DNA of 63,037 nucleotides, filler included, from Octopus bimaculoides (lineage: Eukaryota): assembly GCF_001194135.2 (NCBI RefSeq). It is 6 parts of 5 records of this genome, joined end to end, with 100 filler letters (N's around TTAATTAATTAA, not from the genome) between each part and the next. Parts side by side here need not be neighbours in the genome. Positions count along the whole stretch, not along the records: positions 9,439 to 37,750 come from NC_068989.1; 5 more parts are not named here. One strand, given 5' to 3'. This document shows, one piece after another, positions 23,609 through 36,027 of this stretch; within the stretch, counting starts at the first letter, position 1, and the number at the start of each line of letters is the position of its first letter. Both the position numbers and the translations under genes were made by a program. The notes under the pieces were generated by a model that saw nothing but the letters and a program-made list of their open reading frames with translations, did no database searches and was not told where the DNA came from.

Positions 23609-25281
23609 GCCAATTATTCATTCAGATTCGTTTCACACTCACTGTTGACATTCTTTTGTTTTTGCTTCTCCTCCCGGAAATCCCTTTTTTTTTCTTTTTT
23701 TTTTTTGCTGCTGGTCAATTTCCTAGCGAAGTTTCTGTCCACAGTTCGTCTGTCACGATTTCTGCCCTACAGCATAAACCAATAAGGGATCTTGTTAAAT
23801 TTCTTACAACCGCTTGAAGCATTTCAAACTTTCACCAGAAAATATTTGTAAAATGTAGTTTTGTATACTGAAGATAATGTCCAATAATAAAGAAGTTACG
23901 AGCATTTAAAGTTATGTAATTTTAGTCAATTGAAAATCTCCTTTGCTGATGTCATGCAAATGAGTATACACAACGAAGACAACACCTTTACGTAATCTCT
24001 TAACTTGCTAGAAATAGCAACCAAATCTTCCTTAGAGTACACCATAACATTTGAAAACAAAATGAACAACATATATTACATAGACGGGTGTAGACTTTCT
24101 GTTGACTTTTTCATTCATGATTAGAGCATCAATACATCGTAATATGGTCCTAAATTCATTGCAACATGAAATATGTCTATTATATGTAATCATAAACACA
24201 TTTATGTATTAACCTTTAGCACACTGCATTTTCTCTAGAATTGTTTCCCCTGCCACTGCCCTGTTACTACAGGGGAGAAAACTCATACGTTGACATGATG
24301 CACACAGGTTAATAAACACAAATTTAGCATGTTTCAGGGCAGAGTCTGTAATATTAAATATTATAAAGTTGTGTGTGTGTGCATGTTTGTGTTTGCTATT
24401 TATTTTCAGATGGTCATGGGAACACATGAACTATATATACTATGTATTGTTTTTTTTTTATGAAATGGAATGGCTAAATTATTTGTTGGTAACATGTAAA
24501 ATATAATTTTTTGTGACATGTTTGCCAGTTCGTTTTGTTTCTTACTGAAAGGATCTTTATCAAATTCACAGAATTCGTGTAACCCAAATCCACAACCAAG
24601 ATGGATCCTTAAACAATTAAGTTTTCCATATTATCTTTTAAAGTCCTAAATCTTTCTTTTCCAATCCAAACATAAATGACAAGACTGAAAACATAACTGA
24701 CTGCTGGAAGCAAACAACTCTGACAATATATTTACATTCAAACACTAGATCTGTCTGTATCTTCAAATTCATCACTTTTCCTCTGCAGGGATCTATCATT
24801 ATCATTGGGAATATACAACAGCATGTCCCTATCCCAGGGAAAGCAATATGTTTGAGCATGAAAATCATCAACATATTGTGCTTGTTTCTGACGTTTCAAA
24901 GATAGTATAAATTGTTGTCAACAGTTTTTTTTTTCAATATATTAGGCTGTCTCCCTCCTTAGTTACTACTAGTACAGCCTGTGTAATGCTAACTCTCCTT
25001 GTGGTATGCACATATATATCACTCACCAGTCATCTTAATTCATCAGTTGTTTGGTGAGGGTAATGTTGTACTTTGACGCTCTCTGATATGAGAATCAGCT
25101 AATCTGATTGGCTACGGACTGTATTCATGTCACAGCTCTTGGACTTGAAGTGTCCTTTTAGATTTTATCAATGCCTTTGATCTATAATTTTAACTGTGGT
25201 GGGTCATAATGTTTGATTACGTCCAATACAAATTGCTTCCTCTATATTAACAAATCTCATTCCTATGTAGATGATATAGCT

Positions 25282-25637
25282 CTAGGAGTTGCTGTGTAGT
25301 AAGTACCTTGCTTACCAACCACATGGTTCCGTGTTCAGTCCCATTGTGTGACACCTTGGGCAAATGTCTTCTACTATAGCCTCGGGCCAACCAAAGTCTT
25401 GTCAGTGGATTTGGTAGACGGAAACTAAAAGAATCCTGTCGTATGTTTGTCCCCCCATCATCACTTGGCAACCGATGTTGGTGTGTTTACGGCCCCCGTA
25501 ACTTAGTGGTTCGGCAAAATACACCAATAGAATAAGTACTAGGCTTACAAAGAATAAGTCCTGGGGTCGAATTGTTCGACTAAATAGGCAGTGCTCCAGC
25601 ATGGCTGCAGTCAAATGACTGAAACAGATAAAAGAAT
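25282..25637 (+). mobile_element. SINE family A
   Basis: Full-length homology to 41278-41683, without the internal microsatellite. Confidence 0.9.
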
Positions 25638-27492
25638 ATCTCAAGCAGGTGCTTTCAACATCAACTTAACCACTTCATCTCAAAGTTGTACTGTACCCAT
25701 CAGCATGGACTTCAGCACACTGTTCAATGGTGGTAAGGGTTGGGGTGGAAAGACTACAACAATCTCATCTCAACAGCTCAAAAAACTTAAAAGACCAACA
25801 CTGTACCTATTCTGCTTATTTTTGAGTAATATGACATTGAAACACAGAAATTCACTATACGTATTAGGTCTTACAGTTTCTGATGTGCACTCCTGGCAAC
25901 TTTATATTCATAACACAGTTAAAACTTCAGTCGTTGATGAGTGTTCCTGGCAACTTTACTTACATAACATAGTTTAACTACATCGTTAAAGCCCATATCA
26001 TGTTATGTATATGCAGTTTTCACACACATAACATAGCTAAAACTATATTCTAAACACATGTGTCAACCCATATACATAACGTAAGCTAACTAAAACTACA
26101 TTCCAAAACCTAGCGTTCCACTTTAATGCTAGAAAGTACTTCAGTTATGATCAGTTGCAGATTGTGTGTGTAAAACTCAGGTAAAATCTGCAGTGAAGTA
26201 CAGTTTCATACACAAATTCTAGACTGTATATATAGGTCAAGAAGGTTATCTAACTAATTGATAACTACTCACTGACCAACATAAGCACACCGTCTATTCT
26301 CTCTTTCTATTCTATAACAACTATTGTCGTATCTGTTTTTTAAACGAGCCTGTTGCATTTCACCTCACACCTTTTTATCACCTCATGTTTCACACTCCAG
26401 GACCCACACTTACCCTCTGGAATTTGATTCCTGCATATGTTTTCTTACAGCTGTTTCAGATGAATATAAACAATATTCATTTTGTAGGCAATGCTATTTG
26501 AAACAGGTTCATAGCCCACAAAATATTCGTTGGGAGTCAACTACAGTTATCTCTCCTGTCGAATGTTCTACAACATTCCAAGCAAACATTAGTTAGCTCC
26601 TCCTTTGCTAGCATACAAAGCATAACTGCTAAACCACATACAGGAGGGTGTTAGAAGCAGTATCGCCTAATTAAGAGCAAATTCCAATGGAATTTCCCTC
26701 TGCTTCTCTCAACATGGGAGAGAGAGCCAGGCACACGGATTCGATATACTTTCCTACCAGCAACTCGCTATGGTATTCTACGCCTAGTGCCTGTCTGAAA
26801 GTAATTTTTGTAGTTTGAATTCCTCCTATTTTCTCACTGCCATCATGGAACATGGCAAGATGTTCAGAACTTTTTACTTCAATCCCAGATAATTTTATTG
26901 AATATTGTGTAATCACACTATGAATTCGTTTGTTACGCATCTGAATGAAACCTTTGAATATGAAGTTGTTCACGCACAGACACAAGTGTTGTTGTTACTT
27001 ACTGCACCAGAAGCATTTTACTCAGTCCATTAATTAAAGTGTTGACATTTTCATTAGTGACTTCTCTTGCTAAAATTTCAAGATAGTCTGTGAATGTCAT
27101 GAGCACTGCCTCTTTCTTTGAACTAAAGAAAAAAAAAAAAAGGAATGGCATTTATCATTTGCTGACATTGAAAACATTTCAATGGTCAACTCTTTGATAA
27201 AGGCTGTTTCAGGTGAGTTTGTGTTGATTCGAAGTAAAATAAAATAACATTGGCACAATTTTAATAGGGTGAGGGATAGAAAACATTAAGAAAGCATTTA
27301 AAATGTTTAATAATAATGATAACGAAAAGAAATATATATTGGAATATAAATATGCTTGAATAATGGAGGCAGAGAATACAGAGTTTTCTAAAAATCGGTC
27401 GTGAAATTGGCATTTGCAGCGAATGAATTGACGAGTAACACATAAATACTAATCTGTCACTGTAAAAGAATTAGCGGTAAGCGATTTTGTCT

Positions 27493-27611
27493 TAAAGTGA
27501 TGGTTTGTTGCCAACTTAATGTGAGAGTCCCAGGAAAGTGAAGAATGCTACAGTAGCATTCTTCCCTTTCCTGGAACTGCCACATTAAGTTGGCAACAAA
27601 CCATCACTTTA
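27493..27611. repeat. Near-perfect 119-bp palindrome, probably a TA-flanked MITE
   Basis: Arms 27494-27550 and 27554-27610, 4 mismatches in 57 bp, 3-nt loop, TA at both ends. Confidence 0.9.
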
Positions 27612-28419
27612 TCGTGCTGCTACTGATTAACTCTGAGAGATTTAGAAATGCAATATTTCTAACATTTTATCTTAAAAAATCTATTAATGTTTGACGCCAA
27701 TCTAAGAGATGTCGCGAAAGAATTTCAGTATTGTGTTTATTAGGTCGTATTTAAATGTAAAAGTGTCTATAAAGGTACAGCAAAATGACAATCAGCTGTC
27801 GAAAGAAAAAGGGCTTTATCGAGAGTTGTCTCCCATAATAAATACGCATGTGCAAGACGAGTTTTTTCCGGTTCCGATTTTGTCTTTTACTTTTAAATTA
27901 TCGTGCAGTTGTAACAGTATAACATTATGAAATACTTCTCAGCTACCAGATATAGTAACAACAGTATTCTTTATACAACATTTCTCAGCTACTAGACACA
28001 CACATAACAGTACCTTTTATAGAATATTTCCTGTAAGTATTAAGGACCGAAAGCATTATGTTATTATCACCAACGTCTTTTTTGCTGTTCCAACATATTT
28101 TTCGTATTTGTTTCATTATTGAAAAATAAAAGAAGAAAAAGATTGTTTCATTGTTGAAAAATTAGAATAATTATATTACAAAGGTATTAAACATGATGTC
28201 ACATGGCTGTGGCGTAAAATGTCCAATACATCCTGTCGGTTCTTAGTAAATTACTTCTCTACCTAAATTTATCTAAATTAGGGGTCCGCATCTACATGCT
28301 CAACGATTTCTTTTGAGTTTGTGAAATTTTCAATACACCCGAAATCAGCCAGATAGCAAGGAAACATTTATTTGCCCTCTTATCTGTATTAATATTTAAA
28401 GTGAATCAACGATAAAGGT

Positions 28420-29200
28420 GAAAATTAAGTTTAGCATTCCTGGACGTATTAATAACACACACTAAGCATGGGTTCAAGACATCTATATACCGCAAGCCAA
28501 CCGTCACTGAACAATACCTCAACTTCAATTCCCACCATCCATAGTGTAAAGAGAGGGATTGCTCAGTGCCTAAAACATCGAGCAAAGAATATAAGTGGCA
28601 ATCCTGATACACACCATGAAGAAATGATCGAGTTAAGTAACAATTTATTAAACAACTACCCAAAAAATACACTATCCACTCAATTAGGAAGAGAAGAGAG
28701 GATGTAACCCATAAATTGACCACAGTCTGTCTACCCTATGTGAAAGGCCTCTCAGAAAAGATACAAAAGATATGCGGTCTATATGACATCAGGATAGTAT
28801 TCAAGAGTAATGCAACACTTCGCAAATATCTCCTCCCAGTAAAACCACCAATAGAAGAGAATATGAACAAAGATTGCGTGTACTCTATCCCATGTAGGTG
28901 TGGTAGGTTATACAAAGGTGAAACATGTTGCCCACTCAAAATAAGGGTAGAAGAACGTCGTAAAGCTATGACGAGATGTTGAGAAAGTGGGTATAGCTGA
29001 TCATGTATGGAAAAATGGAGACCACCTTCCCCCGTGGGATGAAGTTAAGATAATAGACAGAGAACACCACTGGAAAATATGAAAACTAAAAGAGGCAGCA
29101 CATATGCTCAGACACAATAACCTCCTAAACAAACCTAGTGTAGGTATGAGTAGAATATTGGAGCTGGTATTCAGGGAGTATACAAAAATTTGGGTTTATA
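28420..29200 (+). mobile_element. Penelope-like element: RT thumb plus GIY-YIG endonuclease, decayed
   Basis: LAFLDVLI, IYRKPT, YLNFNSHHP, CLPYVKGLSEKI, VYSIPCRCGRLYKGET, WDEVKIIDRE, KLKEA, with frameshifts. Confidence 0.9.
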
Positions 29201-29225
29201 AGCCTTAAAATTCGCTCTATAATTG

Positions 29226-29460
29226 CCCACAGGCATATAGCATAATGGTTAAGAGCGTGGGCTACTAACTCCAGGATTCCGTGTTTAATTCCAGGCAGTG
29301 CCTTGAGTAAATAATAATAACATCAGCAAAAAATAGCTGAGGATTGAGAACCCAGGCTGGAGAGTAAATCAGCCGAAACATGTTAACAACAAACAAGATG
29401 AGGACACATATCCATCCAATGTAAATAATTTACATAATTCCTCATCTCTAAAATGTAGAA
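29226..29460 (+). mobile_element. tRNA-headed unit with partial hammerhead motif at the Penelope 3' end
   Basis: Decayed A/B boxes at 29226-29302; GGCTG-N10-CAGCC-GAAAC at 29355-29379; collinear homologue of the rearranged copy at 31346-31652. Confidence 0.7.
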
Positions 29461-30059
29461 CAGTACATATGTATGTAGTGTAAATGCTGAAATATAGTTG
29501 TATTAAGAACATAGAAATATTTGAAAGATAAAGTGGATAACTGAAGAACAAGAATTCCATCATTCATGAGATGAATTAATACAAAATACAGACTTTGATT
29601 TTAGATGTGGTTATTTCTTATTTGAGGTTATACTGACCCTTACAAATTAATATTCAGCTTAACCATCAAGTGGGGAAGAAATCATGTTATACATATAAAT
29701 GTGAACCAATATCAGAAGCAATCTCTTGATAAAATATATATATAACATAGGCTCAGGCATGGCTTCCCAACCACATGGCTTCCCAACCACATGGCTTCAG
29801 GTTCATTCCCACCGCATGGCACCTTGGGCTAATGTCTCCTATTATATCCTTAGGATATATCACGTTCATTATACAATGAACATATTTCCAATATTGTATA
29901 CATGAACAATATATCTCCTACCTTTTTTATCAACAGCATATTTAGGAGTAGATGAAAATATCACAGTACACTTGATACAAAAATTAAAAATTACCTTCAA
30001 AAAGTACAATTTTAAATGCTACTATGGAATAAAACAATAATCTGTTAAAAATACAGGTA

Positions 30060-31345
30060 TGACTGTTGATAAGTGGCAAATCTGTGCCTGGCGATTTTTG
30101 CTATTGCTTCAATGTTTGCATGCATATGTGATAAGCATACTCCCATTTCTTCATTGATGCAGTGAAGCCTCTCTCCTTATTTTTGATGTTATTTAGGGTT
30201 GAAAATCCAAACTTTCACAAATAAGAACTAGAAAATTGTAACAAAACTGATAAGGCTTTGTTATCTATGATGGAATATTTTTTTTCATTTGAAATCCAAA
30301 ATGTATTAATGGGTAACTGCATATTTTAAGCCTGTGATCACAAGAAATGGTTGCCAATTCCTCTCCACTATTAGATTAACTTTTTTACGAAGGGATTTTG
30401 AATTCATTCATATTTTTCAGTGCTCAATACGGGAAAATGGCAATCAATTTTTTTTGTTACAGTGTTGTCATATGATTAACCACATTAGGGATAATTTCTT
30501 TAATGCAATTTCTTTGCATTAAAGAAAACATATCAAACATACCTGTTTTCCAAATTATTATTTTCTTTTTGAAAGCAACCATAGGAGAGAAGATACTTTT
30601 GTTTCTACCTTACATATTACTGATCACAACATTGAGTAAATATCTCCATTAAATAGGAGAGTATTGTAGTTCACTTGAAGCATTGTGTAAATAGTAATAA
30701 TGTGCCATTCAAAACACATTATCTCCATTAAATATTCTTAGACATTCATCTTAGACATCCAAGGGGCAGGAGTGGCTGTGTGGTAAGTAGCTTGATTACC
30801 AACCTCATGGTTCCGGGTTCAGTCCCACTGCATGACACCTTGGACAAGTGTCTTCTACTATAGCCTCAGGTTGAGTGGATTTGGTAGACAGAAACTGAAA
30901 GAAGCCCATCGTATATATATATATATGTATGTATATGTTTGTGTGTCTGTGTTTGTCCCCACCAACATCGCTTGACGACTGATACTAGTGTGTTTACGTT
31001 CCCGTCACTTAGCGGTTCAATAAGACAGACCAATAGAATAAGCACTAGGCTTACAAAAAATAAGTCCTGGGGTTGATTTGCTTGACTAAAGACAGTGCTC
31101 CAGCATGGCCACTGTCAACTGACTGAAACAAATAAAAGAATAAAAGAAAAGTTCATATTGAAGATATTTACAGAATCTTTAAAGTTTCTCATCATTAAGA
31201 AAATGCAATTAATTCTTCCGGTAGTTCATGGACAAAATGCTAAGACTTTGCCTTTACAAAGCCATTGGACTTCTGTATGCAGAAGTAATGAAAAGTGCTG
31301 AGAGTCCATTTCTTTGCATAGTTGTTCAAATATTCTTGACTTCAA
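30060..31345 (-). mobile_element. hAT (Buster/ZBED5-like) transposase relic, interrupted by a SINE
   Basis: [33 protein letters not shown] (31235-31345); dimerisation-domain remnant ALSVLLQFSSSYL*KFGFSTLNNIKNK (~30170-30260). Confidence 0.8.
30763..31148 (+). mobile_element. SINE family A
   Basis: Full-length homology to the other family A copies. Confidence 0.9.
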
Positions 31346-31418
31346 AGCCTTTATCGGGTGTCTTGGGGGAAATTTCGAACCTGGGTTCTCATTCCTAAGG
31401 AATTTTTTGATGTTGTTG

Positions 31419-31453
<35 letters not shown>

Positions 31454-31652
31454 ATCACTGCCTGGAATCGAACTCGGAATCTTGGGGTTAGTAGCCGGCA
31501 TTCTTAACCACTACGCCATATGTCCGTGGCGGGTATATCAGCCGAAATGTTGTGTTAACAACAAACAAAATGAGGACAAATATCCGTCAAATGTAAATGA
31601 TTTAAATAATGTAAACAATGTACATAATTCCTCATCTCTTAAATATAGAACT
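31346..31652. mobile_element. Solo tRNA-headed/hammerhead-like unit with inverted 5' half
   Basis: Minus strand 31525-31451 has TGGCGTAGTGG (A box) and GAGTTCGATTCC (B box), then (AAT)n and gagaacccagg. Plus strand 31531-31652 has the 3' half, cagccgaaatgttgtgtt...gaactg. Confidence 0.8.
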
Positions 31653-31907
31653 GTAAGAACAGGAAACTCTTTACTGTGTGGAACCGATCTAATAGCAGAG
31701 GCAAGATTAGGATAGACAAGCGTTTGTCGATTTTTTCCGGTTAATACACTTCCTTCAAATTTAGGTTACAAAATTAACAGTCGTTCACGTGATTATAGGG
31801 CGCAATAACTTTAAAAACTAGATCTGATAGGTCAAAAAGAAAGTTATATTTAGATTCAGGAAACCAATTTTGTATAGGAATGATGTCTTTCTTAAACACC
31901 AAAAACC

Positions 31908-32923
31908 TTGTTGACCAGTGTTATCAATGGAGATCAAATGCCCTTGCATCGGAATGAAAGTAGCAGACAAGCTACCTTATCATTCAGAAATCAAGATACG
32001 TCTGTCAAAGAAAACCACCTTTTGTCTAAGGACCGTATTATTGTGTTCACCCAGGTTAGCAATGATACTAAAATCAATCTTATCCCAGAGTTTGTATTTG
32101 AAGGAACTGGAAAAAGACCACCACCACTGAATGTCCTGTCTACAATGAAACGTCAATGGTCTCCTAAAGGTTCTTATAGATTAGAACAGCTGCTCTGTAC
32201 TATTGAAAACCTTCCAAACCGATTTTCACATGCAAACTTTGCCACTTATGTGCTCGATGATTACATGGTGCATTTGATGCCGGGGTTGAGAGATGCCTTC
32301 TGGAAAAGGAGTTATGTGCTAGTCATCATCGGGGGTGGTATCACCAGATTTGTTCAAGTTAACTACACGCACTTGCACAAACAACTGAAAGCAAAATATC
32401 GTGAAATAGAGAAAACAAAGATGCTAGAAAAGTTAGTTCAAACTCCGAATAAAATACCATGTCCAGTCGATCTGAGATGATGCAGATGCTACATCAAGCA
32501 CATGCAAATTGCAAGACTGATGTTGAAGCTGCTTTCAAGTCGACGTGGGCCACAAACACTTTCAATGGCTCTGAAGATTATAAGGTGTCAGACCCAATCA
32601 AGCACCTCGTTGGTCCGTCGATGCGACAGTTTCATCTAGAGATAATGCCAAAACCCTGTCTATATACAATCCAGGGAGTCATTAAGAACTTAATTTCACT
32701 GAAAGGAGTCAAGCGTGCAAACAATATTGAAGGCTCAGAATTATTTGATGGTAACGGCATTGAGGAAAAAGCTGCCGAAAGTGAGTCGGAAGATGAATGC
32801 GAGCCATCTGGAAATCTTTTGGAGGTGATTGACCCATCTGGAGAAATCCCCGTGGATGCTTCGCAGGAGCCAAAACACGGTCAGTCAAACATGATGACGA
32901 GAAGCTCTCTCTCTCTCTTGTAG
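31908..32923 (+). mobile_element. pogo/Tigger-family DDE transposase relic
   Basis: NGDQMPL, PEFVFEGTG, QWSPKGSYR, VLDDYMVH, IGGGITRFVQVNY (third Asp replaced by Tyr); frameshift near 32470. Confidence 0.8.
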
Positions 32924-33539
32924 GAATCAGCTTAATAAAGATGCCCTGTTCTTGAAAAAATACAGGTGTTGGATGAAAACGAGACCTCTACACTTTTCTT
33001 GTCATATTGAAGCAAACTCATGTCAACTGTCAGTGAAGCTCGGCGATCCGTAAAGAAGTGAATATCGAAACCGAAAAACCTGCAGAAGGACAGTAAGGAA
33101 TGCTATGTTTTATTATGTATAGTGTAATAAATACTGCAAGTTCACGAAACAGTAAATATCCCCCTCCCCGCTTGACAGCAGGTTTAAATAAACTGGCCTT
33201 ATAGAAGGCTTTATGCAACATTAAGGTTCAGACACTCACCTCAGTGTCTTTCTGCATCGGGACGCAAAACTGTGAAGACGTAACCTAACTGTCTCTCTCT
33301 CACACCACATGCTAGTAGCATATACAAGCTAACACACAGAAGACCATGGCCTCCTCCCATCAAACCATTTTCATTTATCATTCAGATTGTGTATATGTGT
33401 GTCTACATTAAAGGTATATAAAGTCACAGCCCTGTTTTATGTATTCTTTCTACCGGGTTTCCTGTCAAATGATATTACAGCCTTCTGAGTAGAGTCACAT
33501 TAGATGGAATACAACTTATTCATCTATATACTCTTTTCC

Positions 33540-35345
33540 TTGCGTTTTACTTTTCTTTCTATTTAAGACGTGTTGCTTGTGGTGATCGATGTGATCATGA
33601 ATTTTGTTCGTTACGTTGTTCGAAAGGTTAGTCAAAGTTTATTAAGTTGTATTTTTGCTAACTGTTGTGTCTTAAGACACTTATTTTTGCTGCCTTATGG
33701 CAGTTTGTTGATGCTTTCCCCTTGTTTGAAATGGGTAGCACTGTTGTAAAATGGACTACGAAAACCTCAGTTACTCGGAATTTACAACTTCCGAGGAAGA
33801 ATTGCTGAGGTCAATTTCTGTAGTAGACAAAAAAATGAAAGGAAAATGAATTTTGCGGCCATGTCCAAAAGCCACAACAAAGAAATTGATGTAAAAGAAT
33901 TTGGTAAATACAAGAATATGCTTCGTAAGGAGGGGCACGACGTAACGGTTGCCCCCACCACCACCACCACCAAGAAGTAATACAGAAAACCAAAGAAAAA
34001 GTGATAATTTATAGAGCTTGCTCTGTCAAAACCAAGAAAATTGAATTAATTAGTACAAATCAAATTGAAAAGGCTTTAAAACCCATCTTGCAGGGAATTT
34101 CTTACCTTGCCAGAAGAAAGTTTGGAACAGTGGAGATGCGGTACCGAGATGAATCTACTGCCAGGCTACACTCGACAACCCCCTTAAAATCCGATGAGGT
34201 GGTGCTTCTGCCCATATACCTTGGAAGACGTGCTTCGAGGGTAAGGGTTGAAGACATACCCCCGGAAATAGATGTGGCCTGGCTAATAGCTGCTATACTG
34301 CTGGGCATGGAAGAAAAGATAGTGGTCCTCCAAGCCAACAGCACTGCACATAAAAATTGGCATGGGCAGGGCCTGGGTATGGTAATCCAGGCAGCCTCGG
34401 AGGACCTGGAAAATATGGTCGAGACCATTACAGTCGAAGATGTAATACTCAGGCTTAGAATGGAGGGCAGGATCCCTCGCTGCTACAAATGTGGCCTGAA
34501 AAGTCACATTAGAGCGGATTGCCCTCCACCACCCGTAAAGACACAAGAGGTTCTGGAGAATATAAAGGAAACCTCCACCGCCAGCGGGGACCAGTGGGAT
34601 TAGTACCGAAAATGAAGTAAAAACTAGGGAAAAAATGGATGGATGGGAAAAGGCTAGAAAGAGAAGCAGAAAGAAGAGAAAGAAGGCACAATCTTTGAAT
34701 GATAAACTCCATCCCACTTCCACCCGACTCTCACCCTTCCCTTGCAGACACCAACCGTCACCCTATTCCACCTGCCCGACACTGACAAATTAACTACTAT
34801 CACACAGGAGCCCCAAACTTCCCAACCCTCACCCTGTGGGAAAAAAAGTGTAATTTCAATATGGAGATTGTTAAGGAGGTAAACAGTTGGGACCAACTAA
34901 TAACGGTAAGCGCTGTACAACGTGTAATAGTGGGATACCCCGGTGCTTTGAGTGCCTTATGGAGGACTCCAAGTACATGCCAAGACTGAAGGGGTAAGGA
35001 GACGATGCTTATTGTTGGGAAATGAAAGTTGACTCTGGGAAATTGCCAAAGTCGGTATGTTATTATGAACTTATTCAAAAATTTCAAATAGACATTTTTA
35101 GCGATAAAAAGTTCCAAGAAGACATTATCTATCGTTTATAACTAGGATAAATGAAGTCGCTCGGATGTGGGGTCGAGTGGCTTCATTTCATTTCTCAGTT
35201 TTTCCTTTTATTTTATTTTTATTCCTTTCTACATCCGTTTTTTTTTTTGTCCCCACTTTTGTGTTTTTGTCTGTCTTTGTATTGTCCCTTCTATGATTAG
35301 CCCCCAGTGAGCAATAAAGAAATATCTGCTTAGTCCACAGCATTT
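33540..35345 (+). mobile_element. Tx1/L1-like element with ORF1 only (gag-like, zinc knuckle)
   Basis: ORF 34001-34603 with CYKCGLKSHIRADC; frameshifted N-terminus (ATG ~33845) and a basic C-terminal tail (ARKRSRKKRKK); T-rich 3' UTR ending aataaag at ~35340; no gap and no RT. Confidence 0.75.
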
Positions 35346-36027
35346 TTTTAAAAATCCTACAATTACCATAATTAACAAATGTCTTGTTTTTATTATCCAA
35401 ATGTATATCTTAACTAAACTGAACGTTCGAAGCACACGTATGTGCTAATTTCATTTGCCTCCTTTTGGCTCGTGTTGTTATATGTGCTTTAAGATGCTTT
35501 TTTCGTAATTCTTCATACACTATACAGTTACTGATTCCAATCCACTCCCGTTTATTGCAACCCACCCGCTTATATGAATTTAAGCAAATGTCCAGCCCAC
35601 CCACTTAATTATTTGGGACCCGAGAGTAAATAAAGGGGTTTTAAAAAATCATGGGAGACAACCTAGAAAGTTTTAAAATTCTATACAATTACCGATTTTC
35701 CAACCCCTCCCTGTTTATATGAATTTAAGCTTATTCCAATCTACTCCCTATTATTTGAAACCCGAGAGTCTTTTACTACATTGATATGTAACTATCTGAA
35801 AAATATTGAATTAGGGACATTTAATTCGTATCACCGGTATCGTTGATGGGAAAAAACATCAACGACACCGCCTAGTTTAGTTTGTAACTAGCTCTTTTAA
35901 CTTAATTATATCATGTAATGAGATTAATGTAATTATATATCATATCTAAGACAAGCAAGTTGATATCATGATAGATTATATTCATAGACATTTCTAAGTT
36001 TTCATTTTTTTTTAGAATTCCCTGAGA

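Noticed and set aside
31451-31525. Possible tRNA gene on the minus strand
   Set aside because: The acceptor stem does not close and there is no poly-T terminator; it is the head of a repeated element with a second copy at 29226.
33540-33628. Non-coding first exon of the second zinc-finger gene
   Set aside because: Explained equally well as the 5' end of the ORF1 element (AGACGTG motif shared with 7674); undecidable without transcripts.
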